The notes: generated by a model from the letters alone, not told the origin. 64,000 bases of DNA from Parcubacteria group bacterium (GCA_943350175.1 CALQZX010000002.1:66061-130060); one strand, 5' to 3'; shown: positions 17,889 to 28,381, counted from the first letter of the stretch. Translations and numbers: made by a program.

Positions 17889-18803
17889 ATGAATCCTTTT
17901 TATATTTCTTTATTTTCAGTTTTAATCTTCATTCTTATTGGTTACGTTGCCAAACAAGCAAAATTACTAGATGCAGAGATTGCTAAGAAATTAATTAAAT
18001 TTCTTTTTACCATTCCTTTGCCAATCCTTGTCTTTAGCTCTTTTGCTAGCAATCCTATTGAATTAAAACTTCTTTCTTTGCCGCTAATTGCTTCCATTAT
18101 TACTATTACGCTTGTAACGATTAGTTACTTTTTTGGCAAAATTTTTCGCTTTGATCGCAAAACCACTGGAACGTTAATGACAGCTTCCGGCATTAGTAGT
18201 ACTTTGCTGTTTGCTTTGCCTTTTATCACTGTTTTTTATGGTCAAGAGCAAACTAGATATTTATTTCTATATGATTTCGGTAATGGTTTGATGGCTTGGA
18301 CCTTGGTTTATTATTTGGCTGGCAGAATGGGTAATAAAAATGGTCTTAAAGTTAGCGAATCAATAAAAACTTTTCTCAAAAATCCAATGATTTGGGCCTT
18401 GGTACTTGGCATTATGGTTGCTGCAAGTGGTTTGACTTTGCCTTCAATTTTCAAAAACATTGCAGGGCAAATGGCTGGATTTACTAATCCTCTGATCCTT
18501 TGTTGTGTCGGCATTTTTCTTAACTTGGATTTCTTTAAGCAAAGTAAGAATTTAATTAAAATATTGCTGGGAGCTTTTTTGGTGATGGGTGTGTCTCTTG
18601 CTTTAGCTTTTGCGCTAACAAATGCATTTGGAATATCTGGAATAATTCAGAAGATTGTTCTAATTTGTGCTTTGGCTCCAGCAGGAACTTTGACGGTGGC
18701 TTTTTCTGCAGAGCATAATCTAAACACAGAATATGCTAGCGCTCTGGTTGCAGCCACGATGTTTTTTGCAATTTTGCTGATGCCACTATTGATTGGAATG
18801 TAG
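17889..18803 (+). CDS. AEC (auxin efflux carrier-like) transporter
   Basis: About 10 TM, IPLPILVF, KNPMIWALVLG, ALAPAG pattern. Confidence 0.85.
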   Translation: MNPFYISLFSVLIFILIGYVAKQAKLLDAEIAKKLIKFLFTIPLPILVFSSFASNPIELKLLSLPLIASIITITLVTISYFFGKIFRFDRKTTGTLMTASGISSTLLFALPFITVFYGQEQTRYLFLYDFGNGLMAWTLVYYLAGRMGNKNGLKVSESIKTFLKNPMIWALVLGIMVAASGLTLPSIFKNIAGQMAGFTNPLILCCVGIFLNLDFFKQSKNLIKILLGAFLVMGVSLALAFALTNAFGISGIIQKIVLICALAPAGTLTVAFSAEHNLNTEYASALVAATMFFAILLMPLLIGM

Positions 18804-18945
18804 TTTTTTTAGTGATTTTGGGGAATCCACTCTTCGAGTATTAGCCACGCGCTTCGTTTTTTTTGAATGCTCAGTGATACAACCTCGCTTGGCGGCAGGA
18901 CTACTTTTCGTTTCACTCAAAAGATTCATTCCCTTTAGAGATCTA

Positions 18946-18984
18946 TTTACAAAAAAACACGGATAAACCGTGCTTTTTTGTAAA
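18946..18984. terminator. Bidirectional terminator after tRNA-Glu
   Basis: TTTACAAAAAAACACGG-ATAAA-CCGTGCTTTTTTGTAAA. Confidence 0.75.
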
Positions 18985-18985
18985 G

Positions 18986-19057
18986 TGACCCCATGGGGAA
19001 TCGGACCCCAGTTATCGGGATGAGAACCCGATGTCCTAGCCGCTAGACGATAGGGCC
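18986..19057 (-). tRNA. tRNA-Glu(CTC), CCA not encoded
   Basis: GGCCCTA/TGGGGTC acceptor, TCGGG-TTCTCAT-CCCGA anticodon arm, T loop TCCGATT; TGGTATAAT promoter upstream. Confidence 0.95.
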
Positions 19058-19119
19058 TTGTCCAGAGATTATACCAAAAAAGCAGCGTTTTTGTAAACGC
19101 TACACTTAATGTAATTTGA

Positions 19120-19938
19120 GTGATTAATAATAAGTTAATGATTCTTATTATTACTTTACTCAGCTTCATTTTATTCTCTAGGCAAATTCAGGCAAAATCT
19201 TTTGATTATCAATTTATTTTTGAAGGTAATTCCATTAATTTAGATTTTTTTAAAGCAATTAATATCTCGCCAGCAACCCAACCAATTATTGAGGTGATTC
19301 CGCCATCTATCGAGCCGACGCAGCCTCAATTAGCTAAATTTTTAAGTTTTGAATATAAACTCAAGAAAAATAATGATCTGCCCTTAGATTTGCCTCTTTT
19401 CTTAGTAGCTTTTGGTCAAGAGGTTATTTTTTATGCTGACACTAGTTTAGCGGATGATCAATTTCACAAAGTAGAAATAGATCTAAGCTCATTTGACCAA
19501 GATATTCTTAAGAAATCACCGGTTTTTTATCAAAATAATTATCTAAGCGGTTTTGAATTGGAGGTTAGCAATGTGGTTTTTATTAGCGAGCTCTCTTCAA
19601 ATGCTATAGCTGATCCGCAAGTCATAGATTTGAGTGCAATCAGAGAAAAAGATCAGTCTTTGACGGTTGTGTTTGCTCTCCAGGAGGAATTAAAAGCCCC
19701 GCATGAATATGAGCTTGCTTGCTTGAATGAAAAAGAAGAAGTTATTCATTCAGTTGAATTAAGCAAAAACGACGATTTTCTCTGGTCCAACTTCTCTTTT
19801 ATTAGGTTTTTTGCCAACCAAAAAAACGAACTTATTTTTCATCTAAATGAATTTAATTGTGATGGCCTGATTAACTTAACCATGGATCAAAAAATTAAAT
19901 CGACTTCCGTTTCTATAATTAATGTGGAAAATTTATGA
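19120..19938 (+). CDS. Hypothetical exported protein
   Basis: Signal-peptide-like N-terminus (IQA-K); start may be ATG 19138. Confidence 0.7.
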   Translation: MINNKLMILIITLLSFILFSRQIQAKSFDYQFIFEGNSINLDFFKAINISPATQPIIEVIPPSIEPTQPQLAKFLSFEYKLKKNNDLPLDLPLFLVAFGQEVIFYADTSLADDQFHKVEIDLSSFDQDILKKSPVFYQNNYLSGFELEVSNVVFISELSSNAIADPQVIDLSAIREKDQSLTVVFALQEELKAPHEYELACLNEKEEVIHSVELSKNDDFLWSNFSFIRFFANQKNELIFHLNEFNCDGLINLTMDQKIKSTSVSIINVENL

Positions 19939-20555
19939 AAGAAATATTACTAAATTGCTTTGCGCAAAACGAAAATTGTCAAATAGTATCTGATCTTAAG
20001 AATTTTTCCATATCTTCTCCCATAGAGAACAAATATTTGCTTCAAATTACCAATCAAAGCGAGAATAATTGTGAAATTGATTTGCAGTTAAAAAGAATTG
20101 GGCAAAGCGAAAGTTTGTCTGAAGTTGAATTATTGATTACTAGAGGAAAAGAACTGCTTTTTCAAGACAACCTGGAAATATTTTTCAAGCAAAAAATTTC
20201 TCTAGGTTCAATCAGGGCTAAAGTTTCCGATAAATATTTTTTAACATTTGATTTTATTAATTTGTCTTTAGAAAATAAAAAAATAATTTTAAATTTTGAT
20301 TTTGCGCTCAATTTTCACTGCAGCGATCTAGTCACAGAAAATTTATCAGCCATAAATCAAACTGACAGTCAAGCTGCCGTAAAAGAAAATAAAGCAGAGG
20401 TTCTAGCTGCCGCAGACAATAATAATCAGAAAATAGCTCAAAATAGCAGTTTTCTCTCTTCCCCAATTTTTTATCTTTTGTCGAGCTTGTTTATCGTAGT
20501 CTTTTTTGTCATAATCAAGTTTGTTAATGGCAAAAAAAAGAAAAATAAAGGATAG
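19935..20555 (+). CDS. Hypothetical protein with C-terminal TM and basic tail
   Basis: ATGA overlap with upstream gene; TM then KKKKNKG. Confidence 0.7.
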   Translation: MKEILLNCFAQNENCQIVSDLKNFSISSPIENKYLLQITNQSENNCEIDLQLKRIGQSESLSEVELLITRGKELLFQDNLEIFFKQKISLGSIRAKVSDKYFLTFDFINLSLENKKIILNFDFALNFHCSDLVTENLSAINQTDSQAAVKENKAEVLAAADNNNQKIAQNSSFLSSPIFYLLSSLFIVVFFVIIKFVNGKKKKNKG

Positions 20556-21441
20556 CTTTTGGTTTAAAGTAAATCATCTTTTTAAACCTCAAGCTTCCAA
20601 CAGATACCGCTCCAAACTTTTACATCCGCAATCTTTGCTTGTGGTGTCGATGGTTTTATTGGCTTTTTTTTCACTTTTCAATGCTCTTAGATTCTTTCCA
20701 AGTCTAGCTGACAAGGTGCTGGGTTTTAGCTCCAATATCACCGCTGATGGTCTGCTAGTTGGCACAAATGAAGAACGCCAAAAACTTAATTTAGAGAAAT
20801 TGGTTTTAAATGATGAACTTAGTCAAGCGGCTCTGGCCAAAGCACAGGACATGTTTAATGATCAATACTGGGCACATGTGGCGCCAGATGGCAAACAAGC
20901 CTGGGATTTTATCAAAGAAGCCAAATATGTTTATAAGTATGCTGGCGAGAATTTGGCTAGAGACTTCAATAACAACGATGAAGTAGTGGAAGCCTGGATG
21001 GCTTCGCCGTCCCATCGCGAAAATATAGTTAATGGAGATTTTACCCAAATGGGTCTAGCAGTAGTTAATGGTAATTTAAAAGGTTTTAACACTACATTAG
21101 TGGTGCAAATTTTTGCCGTGCCTTCTTCAGTGACGATGAAGGGCAATGATGGCGGGGAATTCCATTTACCCAAAGCAGCCGAACCTACTTTTGAGGTAAA
21201 TGACTCTGTGGCTGGAGCAGAAACTATTAATCGTGATTTGGTTTTTTCGCCACTTAATTTAACTAGAGCCTTCTTTTTATTAGTCGTTTTATTAATAGTT
21301 CTAACTCTGCTTTACGATTCATTGATAGCTTCAAGTAGAAAATATGAGCGTTTGGTTGGACAAAATTTTGCTCATGTTGCTCTTTTTGTGACAGTTGCGT
21401 TTTTATTAGTTCTATTTAAGGGAGGGGCTGTTCTACCATGA
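20527..21441 (+). CDS. CAP/SCP domain membrane protein
   Basis: TNEER, AKAQDM..QYWAH, AGENLA, WMASPSHRENI. Confidence 0.9.
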   Translation: MAKKRKIKDSFWFKVNHLFKPQASNRYRSKLLHPQSLLVVSMVLLAFFSLFNALRFFPSLADKVLGFSSNITADGLLVGTNEERQKLNLEKLVLNDELSQAALAKAQDMFNDQYWAHVAPDGKQAWDFIKEAKYVYKYAGENLARDFNNNDEVVEAWMASPSHRENIVNGDFTQMGLAVVNGNLKGFNTTLVVQIFAVPSSVTMKGNDGGEFHLPKAAEPTFEVNDSVAGAETINRDLVFSPLNLTRAFFLLVVLLIVLTLLYDSLIASSRKYERLVGQNFAHVALFVTVAFLLVLFKGGAVLP

Positions 21442-21695
21442 AAATCTTCCTAAAGAGTCATCAACTTGCTTATCTTTTTTTGTTTGCTTTATTAGCTTTG
21501 TTTGTTTATTTATTTATGAATGCTTGGCCAAATAGACAAATGCAAAGATACATAGCGATTATTTTTGGTGCACTTTATTTTATGTGGGGGGTAGTTAGTC
21601 ACACAAAAAGTAAAAAAATTAATAGTGAAATTGTTTTTGAATATTTATCTATTTCGATGCTAGCTGTACTTATTATCGTTTTGATTACTTTATAA
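21438..21695 (+). CDS. Hypothetical small membrane protein
   Basis: 85 aa, 3 TM, ATGA overlap. Confidence 0.75.
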   Translation: MKIFLKSHQLAYLFLFALLALFVYLFMNAWPNRQMQRYIAIIFGALYFMWGVVSHTKSKKINSEIVFEYLSISMLAVLIIVLITL

Positions 21696-21759
21696 CTAAT
21701 AACTTGCTTTTAAAAAAGCCTCGTGCTACTTTTGATGAGTCTAAATAAAGAAAGGTCAT

Positions 21760-22506
21760 ATGGCAGATAAAGAAATGAAGGGTATTATTTTGGCTGGAGG
21801 AGCAGGAACTCGTTTGTATCCACTAACCAAAGTAACAAGCAAACAATTACTTCCAGTTTACAATAAACCGATGATTCAGTATCCTCTGGAAACCCTGATT
21901 AGAGCAGGGATCAAAGATATTCTGATCATTGTCGCTCCAGATCACGCTGGTGATTTTCTTAAATGTCTAGGCAGCGGTCGCGAATATGGCTGTCATTTCA
22001 CTTACGAGATTCAAGATAAACCAGAAGGAATTGCTCAGGCTTTTATGATTGGTCAAGATTTTATTGATCATGACAATGTCACTTTGATTTTGGGAGATAA
22101 TCTTTACGAAGACGATTTTTCAGAAGCAATCAAGACTTTTGAAACTGGTGGCCGTATTTTTGCCAAGAGAGTTTCAGATCCGCAACGTTTTGGTGTGGTT
22201 GAATTTGACGAAAATAATAGAGCTATTTCGATTGAAGAAAAACCACAAAATCCAAAATCAGAATTTTCTGTCACTGGTCTCTACATCTATGACTCAACTG
22301 TGATCGATAAAGTTAAGGCTTTGGCCTTTTCAGATCGTGGCGAATTAGAGATTACCGATGTCAATAATCTATATCTTGCTGAAAACAAGCTAGATGTAGC
22401 TTTTGTTGAAGGAAGATGGTTTGATACTGGTACTTTTGAATCGATGCATGAGGCTATTTCTTTTGCGAGAGATCGACATCTAGCCAAAGAAGCTCGCTCA
22501 CTGTAG
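21760..22506 (+). CDS. rfbA: Glucose-1-phosphate thymidylyltransferase (short RmlA/RfbA type)
   Basis: GIILAGGAGTRLYPLT..SKQLLPVYNKPMI, EEKP, RGELEITD, WFDTGT. Confidence 0.9.
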   Translation: MADKEMKGIILAGGAGTRLYPLTKVTSKQLLPVYNKPMIQYPLETLIRAGIKDILIIVAPDHAGDFLKCLGSGREYGCHFTYEIQDKPEGIAQAFMIGQDFIDHDNVTLILGDNLYEDDFSEAIKTFETGGRIFAKRVSDPQRFGVVEFDENNRAISIEEKPQNPKSEFSVTGLYIYDSTVIDKVKALAFSDRGELEITDVNNLYLAENKLDVAFVEGRWFDTGTFESMHEAISFARDRHLAKEARSL

Positions 22507-22516
22507 AATAATTTCT

Positions 22517-23380
22517 ATGAAGAAATTGGTATTTTTTTGTTTAGTGTTTTTTCTTTTTGTGTCTTCAGTTCAAGCTCAGGAAATGCCATCTATCGAAGAT
22601 GCTCAACCAACTTCCACGACAGAAGACTCTGTTTTGAAGACTGATCTTATCTGGCAAAAAGAACGTTTAGATCAAGAAATTGCTGCTGTTAAAGCGATTT
22701 ATCAATCTCAATTGGAGAATTATTTATATCACGATAAATTATATAGAATTGCCTATGATCAATATCAGCAGCTTCAAACCCTGGTTTCCATAGAGGATCT
22801 GAATCAAAAAGGTAAAAATTTAGGTGTTTACAGGGATGATGTTCTAATCAGTTATTTAGATTTACTCAGGTTAAATCTTGTAGCGACTGAGGGCGTCGAA
22901 TTGTCTCTTAAAACCAAATTTTTAACCCAATTGGAGGCAACAATAACTTATATTAAAAGTCATCAAGAAAATCTTAAGAATTTAAACGATCGAGATCAAA
23001 TTTCATTGTCTTTGGCAACATTTACTCAAGATCAAAAAAATGTTGGGCGATTAGCTGAGGGAGTACTAGTTTTATTGTCTGCTGGCAATTTGCAAATGAT
23101 TTATGATAAATCATTGGTGCTTAAAAAAGATATCGACGTCTACCTGACTGAAAAAGGTAATCTCAGTTTACCTGCTATCGATAGGGCTAGCTCTGAAACT
23201 AATCGTAGCCTGGAATCTGCTAAATTGAAACTTGATTCTTTTTGGTCAGAAATTATTGATCGTGCTGAGGGGAACTGGAATTTGGCTAATTTTTATGATG
23301 ATTTGCCACGAACAATGAATCCTATTTATGTTAATTTATCTCAATCAATCTCTTATTTAAGTGAATTACTAAGTATTTAA
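22517..23380 (+). CDS. Hypothetical secreted helical protein
   Basis: Signal peptide (VQA-QE), 287 aa. Confidence 0.78.
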   Translation: MKKLVFFCLVFFLFVSSVQAQEMPSIEDAQPTSTTEDSVLKTDLIWQKERLDQEIAAVKAIYQSQLENYLYHDKLYRIAYDQYQQLQTLVSIEDLNQKGKNLGVYRDDVLISYLDLLRLNLVATEGVELSLKTKFLTQLEATITYIKSHQENLKNLNDRDQISLSLATFTQDQKNVGRLAEGVLVLLSAGNLQMIYDKSLVLKKDIDVYLTEKGNLSLPAIDRASSETNRSLESAKLKLDSFWSEIIDRAEGNWNLANFYDDLPRTMNPIYVNLSQSISYLSELLSI

Positions 23381-23383
23381 AAT

Positions 23384-23743
23384 ATGTCACTTCGCAACGA
23401 AAATAGTCAAGCCAATCAAACTGAATTTGTAGATCAGGCTCCTTTTTTAGATAATAAATCATCTAGAATTTTTTCTTTAGGAGAGATTAAAAAGAATAAA
23501 AACTTGAGGCCATTCTATATTTTGTCTTTTTCATTTGTCCTTTTAGTGGCTATCTTTTTCCTAATAATTACTTCTAGAAAGCAACAAGTTGAGGAGCAAG
23601 TGCTGAATGAAGTCGAAGAAAATTCCGCATTAGATCCACTCAGTCAAAGAGCCTATGAGTTGAGAGAAGATCTTAAAGATCATGATCCAACCAAGCAAAG
23701 CTTACCTTTTCCTCAGGTTGATTTGGAATTTAATATCAATTAG
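23384..23743 (+). CDS. Hypothetical single-TM protein
   Basis: 119 aa, operon spacing. Confidence 0.72.
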   Translation: MSLRNENSQANQTEFVDQAPFLDNKSSRIFSLGEIKKNKNLRPFYILSFSFVLLVAIFFLIITSRKQQVEEQVLNEVEENSALDPLSQRAYELREDLKDHDPTKQSLPFPQVDLEFNIN

Positions 23744-23762
23744 AATGCCATCTAATAAAACT

Positions 23763-24317
23763 ATGCCAATACATAAATCTTCTTATCAAGAAAAATTTGA
23801 AAAAACCCTAGCTCATGCTCAAGATGGTTTCGCTACTTTGCGTACTGGTAGAGCTAGTGCTCAGCTTCTAGATGGTGTCTATGTGGAGGCTTACGGCTCC
23901 AGGATGTCTCTACATGAGGTTGCTTCAATTTCTACTCCAGATACTCAGCTTTTGGTAATCAAGCCATGGGACAAAGGTTTGTTATCAGCCATAGAAAAAG
24001 CTGTTCAATTGGCACAATTAAATTTAAATCCAGTGGTAGATGGTGACATTATCAGAATTGCTGTCCCAGCCTTAACTAAAGAAAGAAGATTAGAAATGGT
24101 TAAGATTTTGCATCAAAAAGAAGAAGAGGCCAAGGTTATGCTTAGAGGCACTCGTTCTGATGTGCGCAGAGATATTGAAAAACAAGAAGGCGAGACAGGA
24201 GTCAGTGAGGATGATCTTAAGTCTGAGATTGAGGAATTGGACAATACTGTTAAAGACTACATTAGTAAGTTGGAAGAAATTTCCAAGAAAAAAGAGCAAG
24301 AGCTCATGAGCATCTAA
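23763..24317 (+). CDS. frr: Ribosome recycling factor
   Basis: LRTGRAS..LLD.V.VEAYG, PWDK, PALTKERR. Confidence 0.95.
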   Translation: MPIHKSSYQEKFEKTLAHAQDGFATLRTGRASAQLLDGVYVEAYGSRMSLHEVASISTPDTQLLVIKPWDKGLLSAIEKAVQLAQLNLNPVVDGDIIRIAVPALTKERRLEMVKILHQKEEEAKVMLRGTRSDVRRDIEKQEGETGVSEDDLKSEIEELDNTVKDYISKLEEISKKKEQELMSI

Positions 24318-24320
24318 AAT

Positions 24321-25430
24321 ATGGCAGCTTTGATTTTTATTCTTATCTTATCTGCTCTTGTGATTATTCATGAATCTGGGCATTTTTTGTCTGCCAAAAG
24401 AAACGGCATTAAGGTTAAGGAATTTGGTTTGGGCTATCCTCCAAGAGTTTTAAAACTTTTCAATTGGCAGGGCACTATCTTTTCATTAAATTTAATTCCT
24501 TTTGGTGGCTTTGTGCAGATGGAAGGCGAAAATGGGCCAGAAAATGATTCGCACGATAAAGATTCCTTTTATGAAAAATCAAAGAAGGCTAGACTAGAAG
24601 TGATTTTGGCTGGAGTTTTCTTTAATTTTGTTTTTGGTATTTTGGCTTTTGCCATAGTTTTTTATCAAATGGGCATTCCAAAGCAATTAACTGGTCAGGC
24701 TAGGATTCAAGATGTTGTCGAGAATTCTCCAGCAGCTAAAGCTAACTTGGTTTCCAATACCAATATTTTGGCTTTCAAAGTTGATGAGCAGTGGGTAGAA
24801 ATGATGGATATTTCCAAGGTGCAGTCTTTTGCAGCACAACATCTGGGTGAGACAGTTTCAATTAGAACCTCTTTGCCTTGTGATCAAGAAATTTGCCCGA
24901 AGGAATTTCAAGAAAGTTCTATTTACTTAAGAACTAAAGAAGAAACTCCAGCAGGAGAAGGTTCAATGGGGATTACTTTTAGCGACGTGATTTTTAAAAG
25001 CTATCCTTGGTATTTGATGCCTTTCATGACTATTTTTTATGCTTTTGAGCAGTCTTTTAATCTTGGAATTCTGATCATTCAATCTCTTGGACAATTGGTG
25101 GTGGATTTATTTGCTGGTAGAGGCGTTCAACAAGAAATAGCCGGTCCAATTGGTATTATTGATCAGGCCAGTAGCTTTGGCTTTTTTGATGGAGGCTTTT
25201 TAAGCATTCTAAATTTCGCAGCTATTCTTTCTATCAATTTGGGAATTATGAATTTATTGCCAATTCCTGCTCTGGATGGCGGCAGAGCCGTTCTGGTGAT
25301 TTTAGAAAAATTCTTTAAAAGAAAAAGTATTGACAACGTTGCTAACTACTTGAATTATTTTGGCTACATTTCTCTACTTGCTTTGATGATTGTTGTTTCC
25401 TTTAATGATATAAGAAACATATTCAAATAA
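24321..25430 (+). CDS. rseP: RseP-like M50 intramembrane metalloprotease
   Basis: HESGH, IPFGGFV, NLLPIPALDGG. Confidence 0.92.
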   Translation: MAALIFILILSALVIIHESGHFLSAKRNGIKVKEFGLGYPPRVLKLFNWQGTIFSLNLIPFGGFVQMEGENGPENDSHDKDSFYEKSKKARLEVILAGVFFNFVFGILAFAIVFYQMGIPKQLTGQARIQDVVENSPAAKANLVSNTNILAFKVDEQWVEMMDISKVQSFAAQHLGETVSIRTSLPCDQEICPKEFQESSIYLRTKEETPAGEGSMGITFSDVIFKSYPWYLMPFMTIFYAFEQSFNLGILIIQSLGQLVVDLFAGRGVQQEIAGPIGIIDQASSFGFFDGGFLSILNFAAILSINLGIMNLLPIPALDGGRAVLVILEKFFKRKSIDNVANYLNYFGYISLLALMIVVSFNDIRNIFK

Positions 25431-25434
25431 ACTT

Positions 25435-25683
25435 ATGGCAAAAAAAAGAAGTAAAAAAGATCGAGTTCGCGCTAAATTGCGTCATGCTCCAGTTATTAAG
25501 GCTATGCCTGTTGAGTCTAAAATTCAAAAAAGTGAAACAATAAGGCCAGCCGAAAAAAATGACTATTTAAAAGAAATTTTTGCCTACGATCCGAAATTAA
25601 TCCTCAAGGATCTGCGCAAAACTTTCCTTGTAGTTGTTTTTGTTTTGATTGTTTTGTTAGCAATATTTTTATTATATACTTGA
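25435..25683 (+). CDS. Hypothetical protein, basic N-terminus and C-terminal TM
   Basis: 82 aa, operon spacing. Confidence 0.7.
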   Translation: MAKKRSKKDRVRAKLRHAPVIKAMPVESKIQKSETIRPAEKNDYLKEIFAYDPKLILKDLRKTFLVVVFVLIVLLAIFLLYT

Positions 25684-25714
25684 GACTTACGCTAAAATTT
25701 AAGAAAGGGTTCTG

Positions 25715-26917
25715 ATGCCAAAGAAAAATTTAATAGTTGCCTTGATTTTATATGTTGTAAGTGCTGGATTGTCTTTCGGTGCTTTTTCCTATTTTTCTAA
25801 AGATTCTTTAGCAACTAATTCTTCTATTGATGCAAATAAGGCTGGTGATCCCGATCAAACCTTGCTAAGTAGTCTGTTAACTATTGATCCTAGTGAAGCT
25901 AGAGATCAAGTTTGTCCTTTGAATGGCGCCTATTACACCATGACTGAAAAGAATGCCTGGGAGAAGCGTCGTCCACTTTTTGTGATGATTGAAAATACCC
26001 CAGATTCTCGTCCTCAAGCGGGTTTGAGCCGTGCTGATGTGGTTTTTGAAGCTATTGCTGAAGGTGGTGTAACTCGCTTTGGAGCCATGTTTTATTGTGC
26101 CGCTCAACTACAGGATTTGACTTTAGCTCCAATCCGTAGTGCTAGAACTTATTTTGTTGATTGGGCTTCTGGTTTTAATATGCCAATGTACGTTCATGTT
26201 GGTGGAGCCAATTTAGCAGGTCCAGCTGATGCTCTCGGTCAGATTGGTGATTATGGTTGGGAGGGAAATAATGACATCAATCAATTTTCAGTTGGTTACC
26301 CAACTTTTGTTCGTAATTATAACCGTATTCCTGGTAAAGAAATTGCTACCGAGCACACTATGGAAACAACCACTGAAGGTTTGTGGAAAATAGCTGCCGG
26401 TCGTGATTGGACTAATCTTACTCCTGAGAGAATTGTGGCTAGAAAAACTGTTGAAGCTGCCACTTGGCAAAGCGCCTACAAAGGCTGGGTTTTTGAAGCT
26501 GATAAAGTAGCTGCTGGGTCGACTTCTAGAATCGCCTATGATTTTTGGACTGGCTACAATCAATATTCTGTCGAATGGAATTATGACAGTAATACCGATT
26601 CTTACAAAAGAAACAACGCTGGTGAAGCTCATGTTGATATAAACAATGAAGAGCAAGTTGCTAGTAAAAATGTTGTTATCTTATTTACTACTGAAAAAGG
26701 ACCAATTGATGAGAAGAAACATATGCTTTATACCACCACGGGTAGAGGTAAAGCTCTTATCTTCAAGCACGCTCAGGCTCCAATTGAAGCCAACTGGGTC
26801 AAGAAAGATCGCGAAGCTGAATTAGAATTCGTTGATGTGCGGGGTAAAAATGTTGAATTAGCTAGAGGACAAGTTTGGATTTCTGTTTTAGCAACTGATT
26901 CAGAAGTCACCTACTAG
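25715..26917 (+). CDS. DUF3048 domain protein
   Basis: RPLFVMIEN..SRPQAGLSRADVVFE..AEGGVTRF, PIRSAR. Confidence 0.88.
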   Translation: MPKKNLIVALILYVVSAGLSFGAFSYFSKDSLATNSSIDANKAGDPDQTLLSSLLTIDPSEARDQVCPLNGAYYTMTEKNAWEKRRPLFVMIENTPDSRPQAGLSRADVVFEAIAEGGVTRFGAMFYCAAQLQDLTLAPIRSARTYFVDWASGFNMPMYVHVGGANLAGPADALGQIGDYGWEGNNDINQFSVGYPTFVRNYNRIPGKEIATEHTMETTTEGLWKIAAGRDWTNLTPERIVARKTVEAATWQSAYKGWVFEADKVAAGSTSRIAYDFWTGYNQYSVEWNYDSNTDSYKRNNAGEAHVDINNEEQVASKNVVILFTTEKGPIDEKKHMLYTTTGRGKALIFKHAQAPIEANWVKKDREAELEFVDVRGKNVELARGQVWISVLATDSEVTY

Positions 26918-26961
26918 AATTGTTCTGATACCAGAGTTGTTTTAATGGAAAGGTTAAAAAT

Positions 26962-28353
26962 ATGAAAAAAATTCTAATTTTTGTTTTTACCTTAATAATT
27001 TTGACTTTTAGTCAAGGATCGACAAGAGCTTTTTCTGGCAATTTGAAAGCTGATGCTCATTGTGACAGTCCTTGGTTCTATAAATTTAATTTTTCTGGCG
27101 AAGATGTTTCTATCGAGCATTGTGGCAGAAGTGATAGTGGTAGTCTTGATTACACTATTACAAGCGTTGCAGCAGGCGAAGTAGTGGTTTATCACAGAGG
27201 AAGCGCAACTCTTAGATTGAAAATAAATGGCAATAATTACAGCAAGACTGTTAATGGCGAAGGCTCTTGGAAAACCGGAGTGAAAATTGCTGTCGGCGAC
27301 AAGGTCTCTTTACTGGCAGACATGGGTGATTCGCCTTATTCTGGCTGGATCAGTCCAAAAGATAATCTTTGTAATGGTTTCTCTGGAGCAGGATCAGCTA
27401 ATGTTTCTAGTCTATATAATGCAATTTCGAATGATGGGAATAAATTAATTTCAGCTCAGTGTTGGGGCGATGGCTATGCCTATGAAAGTTTCTTAAAAGA
27501 AAGCTACAGCAAGCCAAATGTAAATATTTCCTGTACTGGTTCTGCCAAAGATTGTCACGATGTGATGATTGAAGATATGGATTTCAATGATGGCGCCTTT
27601 TTCTTAGCAGTCGATGATCGTGTGGAGCATAAGAGCTCTTGTGATTATTTGAATATCATCAGTGGCAATAATTCCAAGGTACCAGCAAAAGTGACCTTTG
27701 AAGTTAAGGCTAGCGACAATCTGGGGGCAATTAAACAATATCGTTATATTTTTGGTGATGGCAGTAAAATTGAAACTGAATACGCCAAAATAGATCACAC
27801 CTATGAAAGTTCTGGTAAATTTAGCGTAATTGCTGAAGCCAAAGACAGTAAAGATAATTGGATTAAGAGTGACAAATGCCAGCAAACGGTTAATGTGGCT
27901 GCCGTTAGCATTGAGAGTCATCGTAGTTCTTGTTCTTATCTTTACGTTACAGAAGGACAAAATCGAAAAGCTCCAGCTCTTGTTAAATTTAAAGTAGCGG
28001 GCTACGACAATAAAGGAGACATTAAGTCTTATAAAATTGATTTTGGAGATGGCAATAAAGTTGAAGCTAATTCAACTCAATTCGAGCACAATTATGCACA
28101 ACCAGGAACCTATAAAGTCAGAGCAGAGGTTAAAGACTCAACTGATCAATGGAGAAGTGATGATGACTGTGTAGAAACTGTTTATATTAGTACTGAACCA
28201 ATAGTTAATCAGCCATCAACAGGCACACCAACCTGGGTGTCAGTGGTTGGTTTGGGTGGAGGAGCTTTGGCTTTTGCTTATCCATTTGTACAAGGCACCA
28301 AAAATATGAATAGCTTTGTAATTAAGAGTTCTAGTAAAAAAAGGAAAAAATAG
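26962..28353 (+). CDS. Secreted PKD-domain protein with LPXTG-like (QPSTG) sorting signal
   Basis: Signal peptide, two FGDG..H.Y..G.Y PKD repeats, QPSTG + hydrophobic stretch + KKRKK. Confidence 0.85.
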   Translation: MKKILIFVFTLIILTFSQGSTRAFSGNLKADAHCDSPWFYKFNFSGEDVSIEHCGRSDSGSLDYTITSVAAGEVVVYHRGSATLRLKINGNNYSKTVNGEGSWKTGVKIAVGDKVSLLADMGDSPYSGWISPKDNLCNGFSGAGSANVSSLYNAISNDGNKLISAQCWGDGYAYESFLKESYSKPNVNISCTGSAKDCHDVMIEDMDFNDGAFFLAVDDRVEHKSSCDYLNIISGNNSKVPAKVTFEVKASDNLGAIKQYRYIFGDGSKIETEYAKIDHTYESSGKFSVIAEAKDSKDNWIKSDKCQQTVNVAAVSIESHRSSCSYLYVTEGQNRKAPALVKFKVAGYDNKGDIKSYKIDFGDGNKVEANSTQFEHNYAQPGTYKVRAEVKDSTDQWRSDDDCVETVYISTEPIVNQPSTGTPTWVSVVGLGGGALAFAYPFVQGTKNMNSFVIKSSSKKRKK

Positions 28354-28381
28354 CCTGCAAGTTCGACGTCTTTTTCCCGTT

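Noticed and set aside
18786-19169. 127-aa minus-strand ORF
   Set aside because: Runs through tRNA-Glu and its terminator; spurious.
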